Below are positions 41,301-53,443 of a stretch of 64,000 nt of DNA, in pieces; the first letter of the stretch is position 1; every line of letters begins with the position of its first letter. A program made the position numbers and the translations under genes. The notes under the pieces were generated by a model. It was not told the DNA's origin. It did not search any database and was given only the letters and a program-made list of their open reading frames with translations. Source of the stretch: Phoronis australis (lineage: Eukaryota > Animalia > Phoronida). The DNA is taken from positions 141,588 through 205,587 of the forward strand of contig NMRA01000271.1 of assembly GCA_002633005.1 (NCBI GenBank), read 5' to 3'.

Positions 41301-44300
41301 ACAGGAAATTATTCAATACACGTACGTACCTATTCAATTTAAAGTGCTACAGCAAAGCTAAACAAATAATTACAATTGAATTTTAAAAACTAATCTTCAA
41401 CTAGCTTTTACAGTACATTTGACACAGAAACGGTGACTAAGCCAGGTGTCATCTACAGACAAAAACACTTAAAGCAAATGAACAGTTCCAGCTGTGGTAC
41501 GTTATAATCCATAATGCAAAAGTTCACGTCCATTCCACAGCATACAAATCCTCCTATTACAAATATATCACGATAGAAGTCAACACAATCCAAACTGTTG
41601 CCTGTGATAAACCTGTTCGACAAACTTAGCTCACTGCAACAAGTCACGTTTGGTATGAAACATCCTGTAAAAGGTTCGCATTGTTCCCTGTGCATTGAGA
41701 ACAGCCAAGCTTTAATATTGCATTGTTCCGATTGACAATACCACAAGGGCGTGTGTTAAAAAGTATACGGTGACACAGATGAATGAATAACAGACTTACA
41801 GCGTCAGGTATATAAAAAAGGAAAATATTGAATCCAGTCGCCATGGATACAGCTTTCCCTATATATATATAATTCATCAGGCGTGAAGCTTAAAATTAAT
41901 TCAAATAGACAGAAAGCTGTCAGCAACGGACGTTGACTCGAGAGGAAACAAAATTGGAACAGTCCAGAAAGGCAAGTTGGCTGACAATATGATCATATGA
42001 TCATAATTTTTGTACAATACTAAAAAGCGCATAACTGACTGATGTAATTGAAGAATAGTTGTTAGGAGACAAGTTAAACTTAAACCATTCGTCATATTTA
42101 AGGCTAGAAAATGGCTAAATGACCTCTACACCAATCCTCTAGTTTTTTTGATTGATGCTTAAATCTGTTTATTTTTCAAGGCAAACAAAAGTCAAATAGA
42201 GGGCTGATTACATTAGGGCTAGTTAAATATTAGCAAAAGAGGTGGAAATTGAAACTATACTCATAGAAATAGTTACGTTAGTACCGTAAGTACATAGCTC
42301 CATTTATTATGGTAGGTTGTATACTCAACAGAGCCACCAAAATAGTCAAGTAAACTATAGGGTCTGGGTGGTATAAACTTTTAATTTGGTACACTAAAAT
42401 GTAAGGATGTTTGGTAACCTGGTTCAAAAATTAAATCACAAATGGCTGGCGTACAAAATGACATCACTGGGCCTTTGTTCACCAGAGGGGAAAATACCTG
42501 TGCATTCTGAGAGGGGACATTTTTGGGTGAGGGGAAAATTCTACCCCCGTTAGCATCAATACCACCCCCACCCCTTTCACCAGCACTAACATCCTCTGCC
42601 TCAAGTAGCCAAAACTAACATTTTGTGCTCTTTCAAAGCGTCACCAGTGTGTCGCACCTTGAGGGAAATTTTTTAATCATTTGAGAGAACTTTTGGGCAT
42701 CATGAGGGAAATTTTGCGTGATTTTTTTTAGATTTTCTTGGACATAGTGTGGCAAGCCACATTTTTAGCCTAGCCTGACCAGCAAAACAGTGTCAATTCT
42801 TGAAAATCTTATAACTGAGTAAAGGACACAAGCAAAGACCATAGACCCGTTCCAAGGAAACTGACTTAGCTGAGACCAAATAAATTTCAGTCAATTTAAA
42901 GATACAACTTAAATTTGTCTCAAGTTTGATCCAAGAAAGAGATCTTATGTTGGCCATAAGTTTTTGACCTCAGTTTTGTCTTAATTTTGAATAACTTACT
43001 GGATGTGGATGTTTCTTGGAACAGGGCCCGTATTTATATAAAACTGACCAATAAAAATGACCTTAAATTTCTTTTGCGGAAACCTAAATTTGAAAACCTG
43101 AAATTACCACTCAAACAGTTATCTTGTGGTAGTTATGTAGCTAGCAACCTAGTAGGTGTAATGCTGTCTATGCAAAACCGAACACAAAATGAACACGTGA
43201 GTCGTAACGTTTTCGATTTGTACGCAGGCACGTGTCTGTGAAATAAACAGTTTAAAAATGAATTTTGTGGTTCCTACCAACCACTTCAATCCTCACACCC
43301 CAGTCATGAGCCCATCAACCCACGCACCACCTCCCTAACTCATGACTTTCATAATATCGACCATCTATGGATCTACACAAACTATGTGTTTGAGGGAGAT
43401 TAAGAACAACTCTCCATTTTACATCATTAAGTCTTAAAATAAATTTAAAGTCTCTTCAATATCGTTGTTGGACGCCAGTGTCATGGATAATCACCTCGGC
43501 TCAGCAGGGATTCAAAACTGGGTTGCCTTCATCGTGCCAGCATAAGCAGCTTGGATCTTAATTTATTCACAGAGTTGGGTCAAAGGGCAATATAAGGACC
43601 AATCCAGCGATCCAGTTCAGAGGCTTTGAGAATGAGTCGGTTTTGTTGACAGCACAACTAAACTTATTGTTTGAAAGCTTGATACTGACACTTGTGTTTT
43701 CAACAAAGTTTGTGCTAATGAAAGGCTGCTACCGAACTATACTAATTAGTAGGGTTGTGTATCCTTGGCAACAAAAACATGACTCACTGTCAATAGGAGA
43801 TTTTGGTAATAGTTGGATACATGGGTCCCTTATTTGATAAGGAATTACTACCACAGAATAATGCTCTTTATTCAGTGGTATAGTATCTTAAGTTCTCAAA
43901 TCAATTTTAAATCAGGGACCCACCTATCCAACTATTACCAATTTTTAATAAGCGTTCAAGTAAATTGCACTGGTAAAAAGATTGAATATATTTGTTACGA
44001 TCACAGAACATCAAAGAGAACTTGAAAGCAATAGTAAGTCTGAACTTACTGGGTTTTCTAGTTTTCATTCAAAAGTTATCGCGTAATGCCTCGCGATAAA
44101 TATCAGCTGCCAACTTACTCATGAGGACCAGCCACACTTCATGTACAGCAAGTTGGCTGGCTAACAAGCCCAGGGCCGAGTTCCGTAGACAAGAATAATC
44201 ACGAAGGAAGCTAGTGTGATCCCGTCCTTCCCAAACTTGTGATACATTATACACACATGGCAATCTTATGTTTCCGCGGGGTTCTAGCACAGAATACACA

Positions 44301-44996
44301 CTACATCTCTGTCTGCATCATGGCTGCCTTATATCTCATTGGGACTGGCTGGATATATGATTTAGAGAACCAGCTTCATCCATTGAATAACGGTCCCATG
44401 TGGTTGTCTGATTCTCTAAATCAAGGGGCACTACATCTGACCATTTGCCCATCTTTGTACCCGTTTTTAATCTATATAGCTGAGTGACAAACTGTATGAT
44501 CTGATCATTTTGATTGCTCAGTCGGCGATGGCCGGATATAGTGGTCCCTGATTTTGAGAACCAGCAATCGCAGAGTAATCAGTAAGGAACCGTTATTCAG
44601 CGGATGAAACTGGTTCTCAAAATCAGGAACCCTTTATCCGACCAGTGCCTGCTCAGTCAGCCAGTTTCAGTGACACTGACACACCACCGAAAAACACTGA
44701 ACAGTTCAGTTTCTGTGAAGCACTGGGGCAATACTCATTTCATTTCAGCGACTGCCAGTCACCGACTGGCGGACAAACGTCTTTGACATGACGTCGTGTC
44801 ACGTTTATTTACATTACAGTACACTCACCTGGCTCACTGGGGACGGATTGGCCACACTTTCAACTGTTTTTAATGTAAAACAAAACGGCGTGCAAGTATC
44901 CTGCTGGTGTTGAAGTCTATCCCATGCAGGAGATGTGACCACGTTCTTTTGAATGAATTCTTTCCATGCTTTGACTCTTCCTAATTTGGAAGCCAT
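14302..44996 (-). CDS. NPHP4: Nephrocystin-4 (ciliary transition-zone protein), about 1521 aa, 26 coding exons
   Basis: Exons in transcript order: 44829-44996, 39106-39249, 38024-38208, 37336-37559, 36474-36667, 35644-35774, 33745-33877, 33062-33295, 30600-30769, 29012-29140, 28043-28253, 27429-27529, 25358-25546, 24748-24837, 24074-24188, 23160-23303, 21885-22098, 21296-21391, 20418-20635, 19769-19995, 18566-18755, 18037-18123, 17288-17444, 16601-16716, 15353-15519, 14302-14833. All are GT-AG and phase-consistent, total 4566 nt. Diagnostic motifs: [97 protein letters not shown]. The Pro/Ser-rich exons at 27.4-30.8 kb are the least certain. Confidence 0.93.
15605..15900 (+). mobile_element. 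Interspersed repeat (TTAAGG-ended DNA transposon-like); second copy about 22632-22920
   Basis: Shared ttaaggtta...ttattgat...atatctaca...aaaagtatacac...ggtcac..gacca blocks. Confidence 0.55.
19255..19480 (+). mobile_element. Interspersed repeat family F; second copy about 29919-30140
   Basis: Shared ccagaattccc.gtcatga and ctcccctgatgactgagaatgaaggggaatta. Confidence 0.65.
20300..20360. repeat. (GGGA)n purine microsatellite
   Basis: Directly visible. Confidence 0.8.
21031..21267 (+). mobile_element. MITE family E copy (Tc1/mariner-like)
   Basis: TIR aaaatctcaccaattt.ggaca / tgtcctaaattggcgagat. Confidence 0.7.
26046..26290 (-). mobile_element. MITE family E copy
   Basis: aaaatctcaccaatttaggacacaatatggcc ... 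aaattggtgagatt. Confidence 0.7.
28320..28500. repeat. 43-bp minisatellite, about 4 copies
   Basis: Unit gaaaaactgcttattaaaaaacaaatgtttacactaatgctat. Confidence 0.9.
28629..28824 (+). mobile_element. MITE family E copy with TA target sites
   Basis: ta|cagtaaaatctcaccaattt ... aaattagtgagattttaccg|ta. Confidence 0.8.
34070..35280. mobile_element. Internally repeated element (about three ~420-bp degenerate units) ending in ggacgccagac repeats
   Basis: Recurrent aaaacagccactag, aaatttca.aaaaatcc, agatacagac and agtggtt.gg blocks. Confidence 0.6.
36290..36455. repeat. C-rich degenerate minisatellite (taaccacac...cc)
   Basis: Repeated gtaaccacac/gcaaccacac/gtgaccacac units next to an NPHP4 donor site. 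Confidence 0.7.
38925..39025. repeat. (AAT)n microsatellite region
   Basis: Directly visible. Confidence 0.8.
39976..40470 (-). CDS. NPHP4: Putative alternative first coding exon of NPHP4 (165 aa)
   Basis: Open frame from ATG 40470 to a phase-0 donor gttagt at 39975. Its end, [18 protein letters not shown]...[10 protein letters not shown], parallels canonical exon 1, [19 protein letters not shown]...[10 protein letters not shown]. Acceptor ctttcag at 40482. Confidence 0.7.
41837..41850. promoter_or_regulatory. RFX X-box GTCGCCATGGATAC at a candidate internal NPHP4 promoter
   Basis: Close match to the X-box palindrome GTTGCCATGGCAAC. A TA-run at about 41859-41871 lies upstream on the minus strand and a donor gtaagt at 41799 lies downstream. 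Confidence 0.65.
42844..43029 (-). mobile_element. MITE family D copy
   Basis: gacccgttccaagga ... tcttggaacagggccc; reverse-oriented homologue of 45888-46125. Confidence 0.7.
43759..43772. promoter_or_regulatory. RFX X-box GTATCCTTGGCAAC in NPHP4 intron 1
   Basis: Reverse complement GTTGCCAAGGATAC fits the X-box consensus; the host gene is ciliary. Confidence 0.5.
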
Positions 44997-45329
44997 TCCT
45001 CCGTCTCAACGGACGCATTGGTAGTAACTGTGGCTGTAGTTCATCTTAATCAGCCTACTTGTTTATTTTTCACATACGAAATAATCAAACTAAGATTTAA
45101 AAAAAACACTAAAATTTGCTTTGTGGACATATTTCTGAAATGTAGAACTTAGTATTTAAGTCCAACTATATAAATATTGTGAATACTTATCGTGGCTTTC
45201 GATCACATCTTCTGGTTAGAAGATTGTGTTTTTGAGAGCGAATTTTTCAGAGAACACAAGAGTTGATGTCTCATACAAACTCCAAAATTGCATCACGATT
45301 TGTATGTCATTTCGTTACATACTAAAGTT

Positions 45330-45520
45330 GAGAATGCCATTTTGAGATGGCGGTTAACTATTTTTCTTTCGAGCCTGCATGATCGCGCGACATCTAGCGA
45401 TGAAATTTTCAAATGTCGTCTGCTCACGAAGTCCTTGACTAATAGTAGGCCAACGTCATACAGACTTGACGGTCCGATCTGTTCTGGCTATTGATTGGTC
45501 ACAGTAACTTAGCAATGGAG
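45330..45520 (-). promoter_or_regulatory. Candidate NPHP4 main promoter
   Basis: YY1-like gccattttg and agatggcgg (about 45336-45353), CCAAT (attgg about 45494-45498) and X-box-like gtaacttagcaat (45504-45516), about 350-520 nt upstream of the ATG. Confidence 0.4.
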
Positions 45521-45655
45521 GCTGGCCCTCCCAAAAATCAGTACCCTCATCTCAATAAATTTCCTTTACATATAAAATTTTCGGCACGTTGATGTCCGCT
45601 GGGCGCTTGGGCAACCTCACAGTGGTAACGACCGGACTGTGCACTTCTTTAATTA

Positions 45656-45880
45656 CATGCGCGCACCATAGGGGGGCTCGAATTTTTCGGTGTGCGGTAC
45701 TTTTAGTGAAAGAAATCAACGAGGACTAAAAAAACGAGGCCACTAGGTTCAAGCCCACGGATCCACGCCGACTTCGGCCGGCGTGGGATTTTATGGACTT
45801 TCAGTGTATCGTTTACTCGGACTTTTTGTTTCACTGGGGCGGACCTTTTTGTCCAATTCGCCAAATTGAGGGGCTCGTTT
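45656..45880 (+). mobile_element. MITE family C copy, truncated next to a family D element
   Basis: Colinear similarity to 4676-4915. Confidence 0.75.
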
Positions 45881-45887
45881 AACCCAG

Positions 45888-46125
45888 GGGCCCGTTCCAA
45901 GAAAATGACTTAAAGTCTAAGATTTGTCTCAACTTCCAAACTTTGAAGCTTCCACATCCGGCAATTTGGTCAAAATTAAGACAAAACTTGAATCAAAAAC
46001 TTAAGTCGAAAACTTAGGATCTCTTTCTTGAAACGGAAATGAAACAAGTTTAAGTTTTATCTTAAACTTAACTGAAACTTAAGATTTGCCTAACTTTGCT
46101 AAGTCAGTTTTCTTGGAACGCAGCC
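45888..46125 (+). mobile_element. MITE family D (PIF/Harbinger-like, 3-bp CAG target site)
   Basis: cag|gggcccgttccaagaaaa ... ttttcttggaacgcagcc|cag. Confidence 0.7.
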
Positions 46126-48039
46126 CAGGTATTCCGAACAGGAATCGGGAGCTCAAACGGCTGAGCCTCACTGTTTATGTATCCTAACAGCGTTGCTCAT
46201 GGCGGATCAACCAATGCCAATGCATTTAGGCCTAACATTTTTGCAAACATTGGACCAATACATACGACTCTCGCCTCTGCCGGTTAAACAAACAACGAAT
46301 ACTGAGGCTATCTTAAAACAGTACAAAGCTCATTAAAATTTGCACCACTCTAATAATGAAGTTAAATTTATAAAAATTACCAAGTTAAAACTCAAACCAA
46401 GTTACGGACACGATCAAATCGTCAAAGTCTTTTCCCATTCGTTCCCCAACCATGTGGTTACGATAAACGTCCAAACTGACACATGTGAATTGCCCATACA
46501 ACGGAGTTCTGCATGTACTTCACGATCCTTTCGCATGTCAGTCTTCTTTAGACATGGCTCTATGGAAGAGAATAAAAACTAAAATTATCTAAGAAAAATT
46601 TCCGTTCACGTTTTACTTCTGTGAATGTTACAGGTTCCCTGATTACATCCGTGAATGTCCGGAAGCCTGAAGGTAAAAGACGTAGAGCAGTCAATGAAAT
46701 AGTTGAACAATGTTCGAGAACAGAAATTGCCCTCTTCATCTTCCCGTGTGCAATGTCATCATCTGTATCAAGATCGTGGTGGAAACATGGCATATATTCA
46801 TGGGATAGAGCCCCTTTTCAAAAAGAGTAGCAGAACAAAGAACGGCAATCGTGCTGGACCAAATAAAGATCGGAGTTCCTAGTTCAAGAGTAACTCAAGA
46901 TGGAAATATCAGGAGTAATGAAAGACTTGTTGATAACAACTGGGAGCCGGTGATGGATTATAGATGACATAGAGTTCAGTATCAACTGAAGGACATGCAG
47001 AACAAACAAAAATCAATTTCAAACTTGAGTTGGAAAAAAAGCAATAGCATTGACCTCAATTCTTCAATCAAAGACAATATTTTCAATGGTTTTGTAATGA
47101 TAAAAATGTAGAAATATTTTTCCCAAAGTTGTTTCAAGAATGGCGTTTGTTTTGGAAATTGGGAACAAATATTGGTGAAGAGGAAGTTATTTGTGAAGCC
47201 CGCGCATGTCGATCACACTGTCCGGGTTTAACTTTGATGACGACCATGTACGGTGTACTCAAAGTTCGTGTACTGGCAAACATAATAAAGGATTTGTGCG
47301 ATTCTTGTAATGCAACTCGGAACTCAGAAAATGATAGAGCACCATTGGGATGAACCTGGATGCCCTTTAACACGAATAGATTCTTGGAGGAGGGCTCAAA
47401 CCCAATGCATGCGCCTCGTCTTGCATGCTGTCTCAGCAGGCTGGCCCTTCAAGTAACGGCCCGCATTAGGAGTTATCCAAAATGTTCATGCTGGAGTTTT
47501 CGGCAGACATGTCCATCTTGTGACTTTTCCAGCGGGTTGAAAAGGGGACATTGTATGTTCGCCCATGCAGGGCGTTACATTTGTGAAAAATAGGCACTCG
47601 TGTTCAGTCCCAAAACTGCCATTGGAATTAAATTGACATCAAAGTCGTTAAGTTAAGCAAATTTTCAACAATATGCTATCTTTCGGAATAGTCATATATT
47701 GCCATGTTTTGGTTTCAATGTCCTCCGGCTACAGTATCGTCCAAGTGAATCGTGGTCGTATTCGTAGCTTCCAAGTATTTGCCCGGACGTATGGTATTTG
47801 ACATTTGGTCCCTAAATTGGTATTTTACGAATATACGCCTAACTCTTGTCTGCAGAAAACTTCAGTTCTGTGATTTACGGATTAAAAAGGTTTATCCATT
47901 TCTGCATTACTCAAAAGGCGCACTGTTTGTGTATTTTGCAGAGTTGGTTCCGATTTACACCAGTTTACTACCGACTGATAGAGGATGAATTTAGGTGCAT
48001 GCTGACAAGTTCGGCAACATATCTCTTACCACAAATTTG

Positions 48040-48155
48040 ATTCAGAATCAGGAGATAATTGAGTATTCATAATCAGGAGAAAATAGAGTATTCAGAATCA
48101 GGAGATAATTGAGTATTCAGAATCAGGAGATAATTGACTACTCAGAATCAGGAGT
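48040..48155. repeat. 25-bp minisatellite, about 4.5 copies
   Basis: Unit ttcagaatcaggagataattgagta. Confidence 0.85.
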
Positions 48156-48319
48156 CTTGAGTTTTCGAAGTATAATAAGAATTTTTTCTCAATGTCAGTA
48201 TTAACGAACGCAAGTCTTTTTTTAGTTGATATTTTCAGAAAAAGTCACAATGTTTGTGATAGGATTATATTTCTGTTATAAATAAGAACATCAAAACCCT
48301 CAACAACTCGACTACGCTT

Positions 48320-48960
48320 TAGGGTCTATTTTGGCTAGCCAACCTTGGCGGGCATAACCAACAGTGTATTTTGCCTGCCATAAATCATTTAGTGGTCAGT
48401 GGCATGTATAAGGTGTTATTTTTGTGTTACCTCGAATGGATGTTCATTTTGGGAATCCTTTTGGGTTTCTGGCCGACCCTTTCCAGAGTGCAATTTGTCT
48501 GTCGGGTTATTCGGCGTTCAGTGTTCATATTCCGTTTTAAATTAGTGTTGCCCTGTACCTCAAATACCTAATCTAGCTCAAATTTTCAGGGGCATATCTT
48601 GGTTGAGATTTTTGGAGGTTTCTAGTGGGCACAAGCCAGAGTGCAATTTGCCTGTCATAGGCAATTATGAGATCAGTGACTGGTGTTGAATCGTATGGAA
48701 CTGTTTTATTGGTAACAATCCAGTCATTCTACGGATAACCCGGAAAAAATTGCAACAGAAGGTAAAAAAAAATTGAGTGTATGAGTTGCTCATTTTTGGG
48801 GTCAATTTTGGGTTTCTGCCGGACCATTTCCAGAGTGCAGTTTGTCTGCCATGGGGTCATTCGATGTTCCGTGTGGCACGATTTTTGGTTTTAAATCAGT
48901 TTTGGCCGGTACCTCGATTATGTAATTTAGCTCATTTTTGCCCCCGTGTAAGGTCCTAAG
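48320..48960. repeat. Internally repeated element
   Basis: ccagagtgca.tttg.ctg occurs three times (about 48483, 48636, 48829) with similar flanking blocks. Confidence 0.5.
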
Positions 48961-49514
48961 GGGTCAAACCCAGAGCGCAGAGAACGGCAGACGTCCATCT
49001 GTATATACTGAGGCAGGCCTGAAGGAAAGNCTGGATGTCACCATATTTGTACCGAACCCACCCCCATGTCTGCCATACTGAGGTGGGGGTAATACCGAGG
49101 GTGCAGCCATCAGGATTTGAACCAACAAAGATTAACGAAGAGTAAGAATGGGTCTAGGCCCCGAGCCCACTGACGGGTAGCTGGGATCGAGCTGCCTGAA
49201 GTAACTATAGCTGGATAGAAGGTCAAGGTTTCTTTTATTATGATCTTTGAAGTAATGTTTGGAAAAGTGAAGTCTCGAGGTGCCTTGTATGAGTGCCTTT
49301 GAGGCCGTTTCAGAATCCCTTGATGGAACACAGCCGGTAACCCGGTTTCTGGTTGCTGGGTAAAATGATACAGAGTGTGTCCCAAAATGTAATACACACT
49401 TCAACGTCTGGAGTTCAAATTCAGTTCCCGTGGGTAACTGAGATTTTAAGCAGGCCTACTGCATGGTTACACCTTATTTTTAGCATGGATGTGTCTGTCA
49501 TGACGTTCTCCGTG

Positions 49515-49735
49515 CATGCGCGCAAAGGAGAGGGGGGTGTGGGGGCTCGATGGCAAAGTGGGCAAAAAGGTCATCCTCGAGAAAAACGAGACAAAAGTCC
49601 TCTAAAAAGGCAGGATTCGGCGTATGCACAATTCATAGCCTTGAACGAACCCCGTATTCGTTTTTTTTTTCTTTAGTAAAAGGTCCACATCCTCAAAAAT
49701 TCGAGCCCCCTTATATTTTAGGCTGGGTGCGCATG
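49515..49735 (-). mobile_element. MITE family C copy
   Basis: Reverse-complement similarity to 4676-4945; TIRs catgcgcgca / tgcgcatg. Confidence 0.7.
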
Positions 49736-52700
49736 CCGTGTGTGTAGTATGCACGGGAAATGCAAGCAAACGATGCAGTTTTGATGAACAAAAATTCATT
49801 GCGCAATATTACTGGAAACCAAAAACATCAAGGAAGTTCAAAGACAACCTTTCCAAGTTGATGACCAATAAGTTTGATTTTATTTATTTATCTACGATTT
49901 GTAAACTTCAAGCTAGTAATTTAGTTCCTAAGCCAATAAACAACTTATTGTCATTTGAATTGTGAGAACATTTTAGGAGCTGTCCTAAATTCATCAATTT
50001 CCTTGAGACAAATAGACAAAAGTCGTTTCGTGTACTTTTATATTTGGAGATCTGATAACAGATGAAATTTTCCCAATGTCGGCCTGCAATTAAGTTTATT
50101 GAAGTATTGTCATTTCTTACAAGATTAGATTCTAATTGTCAAAAAATCATCTCTCAATCAGTCCACTATCCTGGATAATAAACATGTAAATCAGAAAGAA
50201 AACAACAATCAAGTCCATGAGCAATGCGTTTACCTTGATTTAATGACTTAATTCCTTTTTGATTCCCTGTTAGTGACTTTAAACAACAAATCTTGTACCG
50301 AAGTCAAAAAGCAATGCATTTATTGTCATTTGAATTGTGAGTAATTTTTTGGGGAAGTGTCCAAATTTCTTCAATGTTTTTGAGAGATATTTTAGATAGG
50401 CAAAAAGCACCCAACTGCACTTTACTATTTGGGGATCGGATTATAGTTTTCCATGTTCAGGCTTCAACTAAATTCCCTGAATCTTCATCATTTCTTAAAA
50501 GGTTAGCTTCTAATTGCCAAAAATCACTTATTAACCTGTCGATTTTCGTAGATACAATTTACCTGAACAACATTCAAGGATGAATGGACTCACCGGAGAC
50601 AGCCCAAGAGTTATTATCTCTGCGGTGAAGGATGTTACAGGTGTGTAAATCAGAAATCAACGAATTTGTTGACCAAAACGGAATGTTATAAGCAATTTCC
50701 GCAGGCATGCGCGCAGATTTTTGACGGATAACCGGGGGAAATGGGAGATAGGGCATTCATAGTAAGGTGTATTTTTGCTCTTTCGAGGTACCTATAACGG
50801 TTCACGAGTTTAACTTGACCTCAAAAAAACGCTGAAATATTTGTTTAACGTGATCATTATTGCGAGTATTTGGGTAACCTCGTTGGACATGTACACGGTC
50901 AATCCAATGGTAGCCTCGACAGCAGTGTTTTCCACATGTGGGAATTCCTTACAAACAACTCATAGTAACCATTTTCAAAAGAGATACTATTCTTGTGATA
51001 ATATGGGAAACAGTAACATTATTTTATAATTCAGCATCGGAAATAGTCGTTTTGTGCAACAAACAAACAGCGGTCTTCACGTTCTTTAAAATTCCTGACT
51101 CCCTTTCGATGGCGGTCAATCCTATTGTATTTTTTTCACATTTTTTGGTTGTTTGGGTTGAATGTTTTGATACCACTGTGCTGTGCCCGAATGTTTTGTG
51201 TTTTTGATGAATTCGAATCACAAATTCCTCGTGAATACTTGGCAGTGTCGGATTTACATGTATAGAGGGACAAAGGGACATGTCTCCTAACTGTTCCACC
51301 GAGAGAGGGTGACGTCTGATATGGGACACCTTAATTATGAAAAGCTAAACATCATTAAGCTTGGAAATGAGTGACAGTTCATTCCACCGTCGTGAGGTCA
51401 GACGACGGTGCAGGAAGTGACATCATTCAACATGAAAGTTGGTTGCACGATTTGACAAAAAACAGGAAAATAGACGTAGTCGAGTCCAACATTGGGTCCT
51501 CTCTCCGTAGGAATATGTCAATAGAAACATAAAAACTGTGAGCACTTGAATGTAGTCAATGGCCTCCTTCAGACGTGGGGCCCCTCTATGTGAAAATATA
51601 TATATTTCCAAAAATCAAGAAATGTGCAGCAATTGATGATATATGTCAGGTCATCAATTTTTCTCAAGTGATATACAATTCGAGAAAAAACGACTGTTGC
51701 TCCGTTGTCCCTTGCCAGAGAGGGGTCTCTGGAAAAATATGCAGTTGCAAAATTGAATTACTGAATTTAAAAATCCAGGAAATTAATGCGCTCTGGAATA
51801 GCTTCGCTTTACAAATTTCGTCGATTTTTCGAAATATATGCATGAATTATAACGTACACGTTTCCAAGTGTATTTAGACGACCTGTGCTGCGAAAGCGGA
51901 GACCTAAACAATAATGTCCTGACCAGGGTCCTCAAAAGGTAAACCGTGCACTGATACAGAGTTATTAAATATTCTCTTGAGTTTTCTCTCTTATCCGCAT
52001 TTAGCAGTCTTTCTTTTCTCGACTGTCCCCGCCCCATGCGTATGTCGGTTGCCACGGTTTAGCCCTGAGGACTGAAATTTTTTTGGGGGGGCGTGCAATC
52101 CGCCCCCCCCCCCCCCNCCCCCCCCCCCCTGCTTCCTACGGCCCTGCTAGGTGGACTGTAAGTGCTCCTATGGTCAGATGTTGGTACTCGTTCATCTATG
52201 CTAAGTGATCTGGGCTGATGGTCTATATTACGGGACCGGATTAGAAATGGATTTATTTTCTTGTAAATGCCATCGGCAATAACAATGAAATAAATTGAAA
52301 ATAACTATCAGCGCACGGTCTTTAAGGAGTAAATACAGTGATTTATAACAGGTTACCTAACAATGCCTTTCGTTTCTCCGGCAAGTTTTTACAAATCCTT
52401 ACAGTTTTTGAGAGTTTATGTTTCCAAAACTAACGTTATTAATATTCGACGTTAAGTAGCCTACCGCTGGCGGATGTCTGTACAAAGAGGACACTCCAGC
52501 AAAAAGTGTATTTCATTTTCTATCTTTCTCATATCACAGCACTTATACTTTGTCCTCCCTGGTAATCCCAATATATCTACCTTCATTTATAATTATTTAA
52601 TTATTAAAAACTGGGCACACCTGAAGCGAGCAACCACTCGAATGTGATATAGTCCCAGACAAGAGACATATTGTTACATGATTAAATTGTTTTTAAACAA

Positions 52701-53127
52701 TGCGTCTACACATCAAGACTAGACAGACTTGCCTGAAAATCACAGCGCGAACTCTACTGGTCGAAATTACGACACCTTTGACGAAACTCACTTACAAAAG
52801 TCAATTCATTCACTACACCTTGATTTATACAAACAAAGCTAAAATCAGATGAAAATAACAAATTCTTAATCCCTAATCCCCAACAAGCCTTTCCTTGGTC
52901 TGCAACCCGAAGATGGATATTAGAACAAATTTATATATCTGCTGTCCTGAATTTTTACAAGTTTTAGCTAATAATTAATTATTCTAACATATCTTAGTGA
53001 TCTAATCGATCTCCGACCAAATCCGCGAGCTGCGAGTAAAAAGCTAATAGTTCAATTTTCGTTTTGTCGGTCAGTCAGCTGAACAGTCGAAACGCAGCTT
53101 CAAATGGTTGCCACGAGAGACAAATGA

Positions 53128-53443
53128 GGCATAGACGGATTTAGGGGAGCAGGGGGCCCACCACTCCCCCCGGCTGCAGCAAGGAAAATGAAACAGCAAC
53201 AGCGTGAAGTATGAGGAAATATTGAGTCTAGCAGAACTGACAGTGGATCGGAGGGGCGAGGCGACCCCAGACCGTGGCGGAATCGTGTCCCCGTTTTATT
53301 TTTAGTCCTCCGATTGATTTTTTAAACAGAAAGCGCACGCCGGCAGTACACATGCAATCGCACTTGCCCAATTCCCCGAGGCAACATGTTGGGCACCCCC
53401 CCCCCCCCACCCCCCTTACTGTGTTATCCTAGATCCGCCACTG
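53128..53443. mobile_element. GC-rich CAGTGGCGGAT-type MITE fragments
   Basis: gacggatttagggg... and ...cctagatccgccactg termini; similar ends near 39890-39905 and 51243. Confidence 0.5.

Noticed and set aside
50374-52055. Cluster of short ORFs suggesting a gene
   Set aside because: No recognisable domain or consistent splice path; interleaved with MITE ends and a gap.
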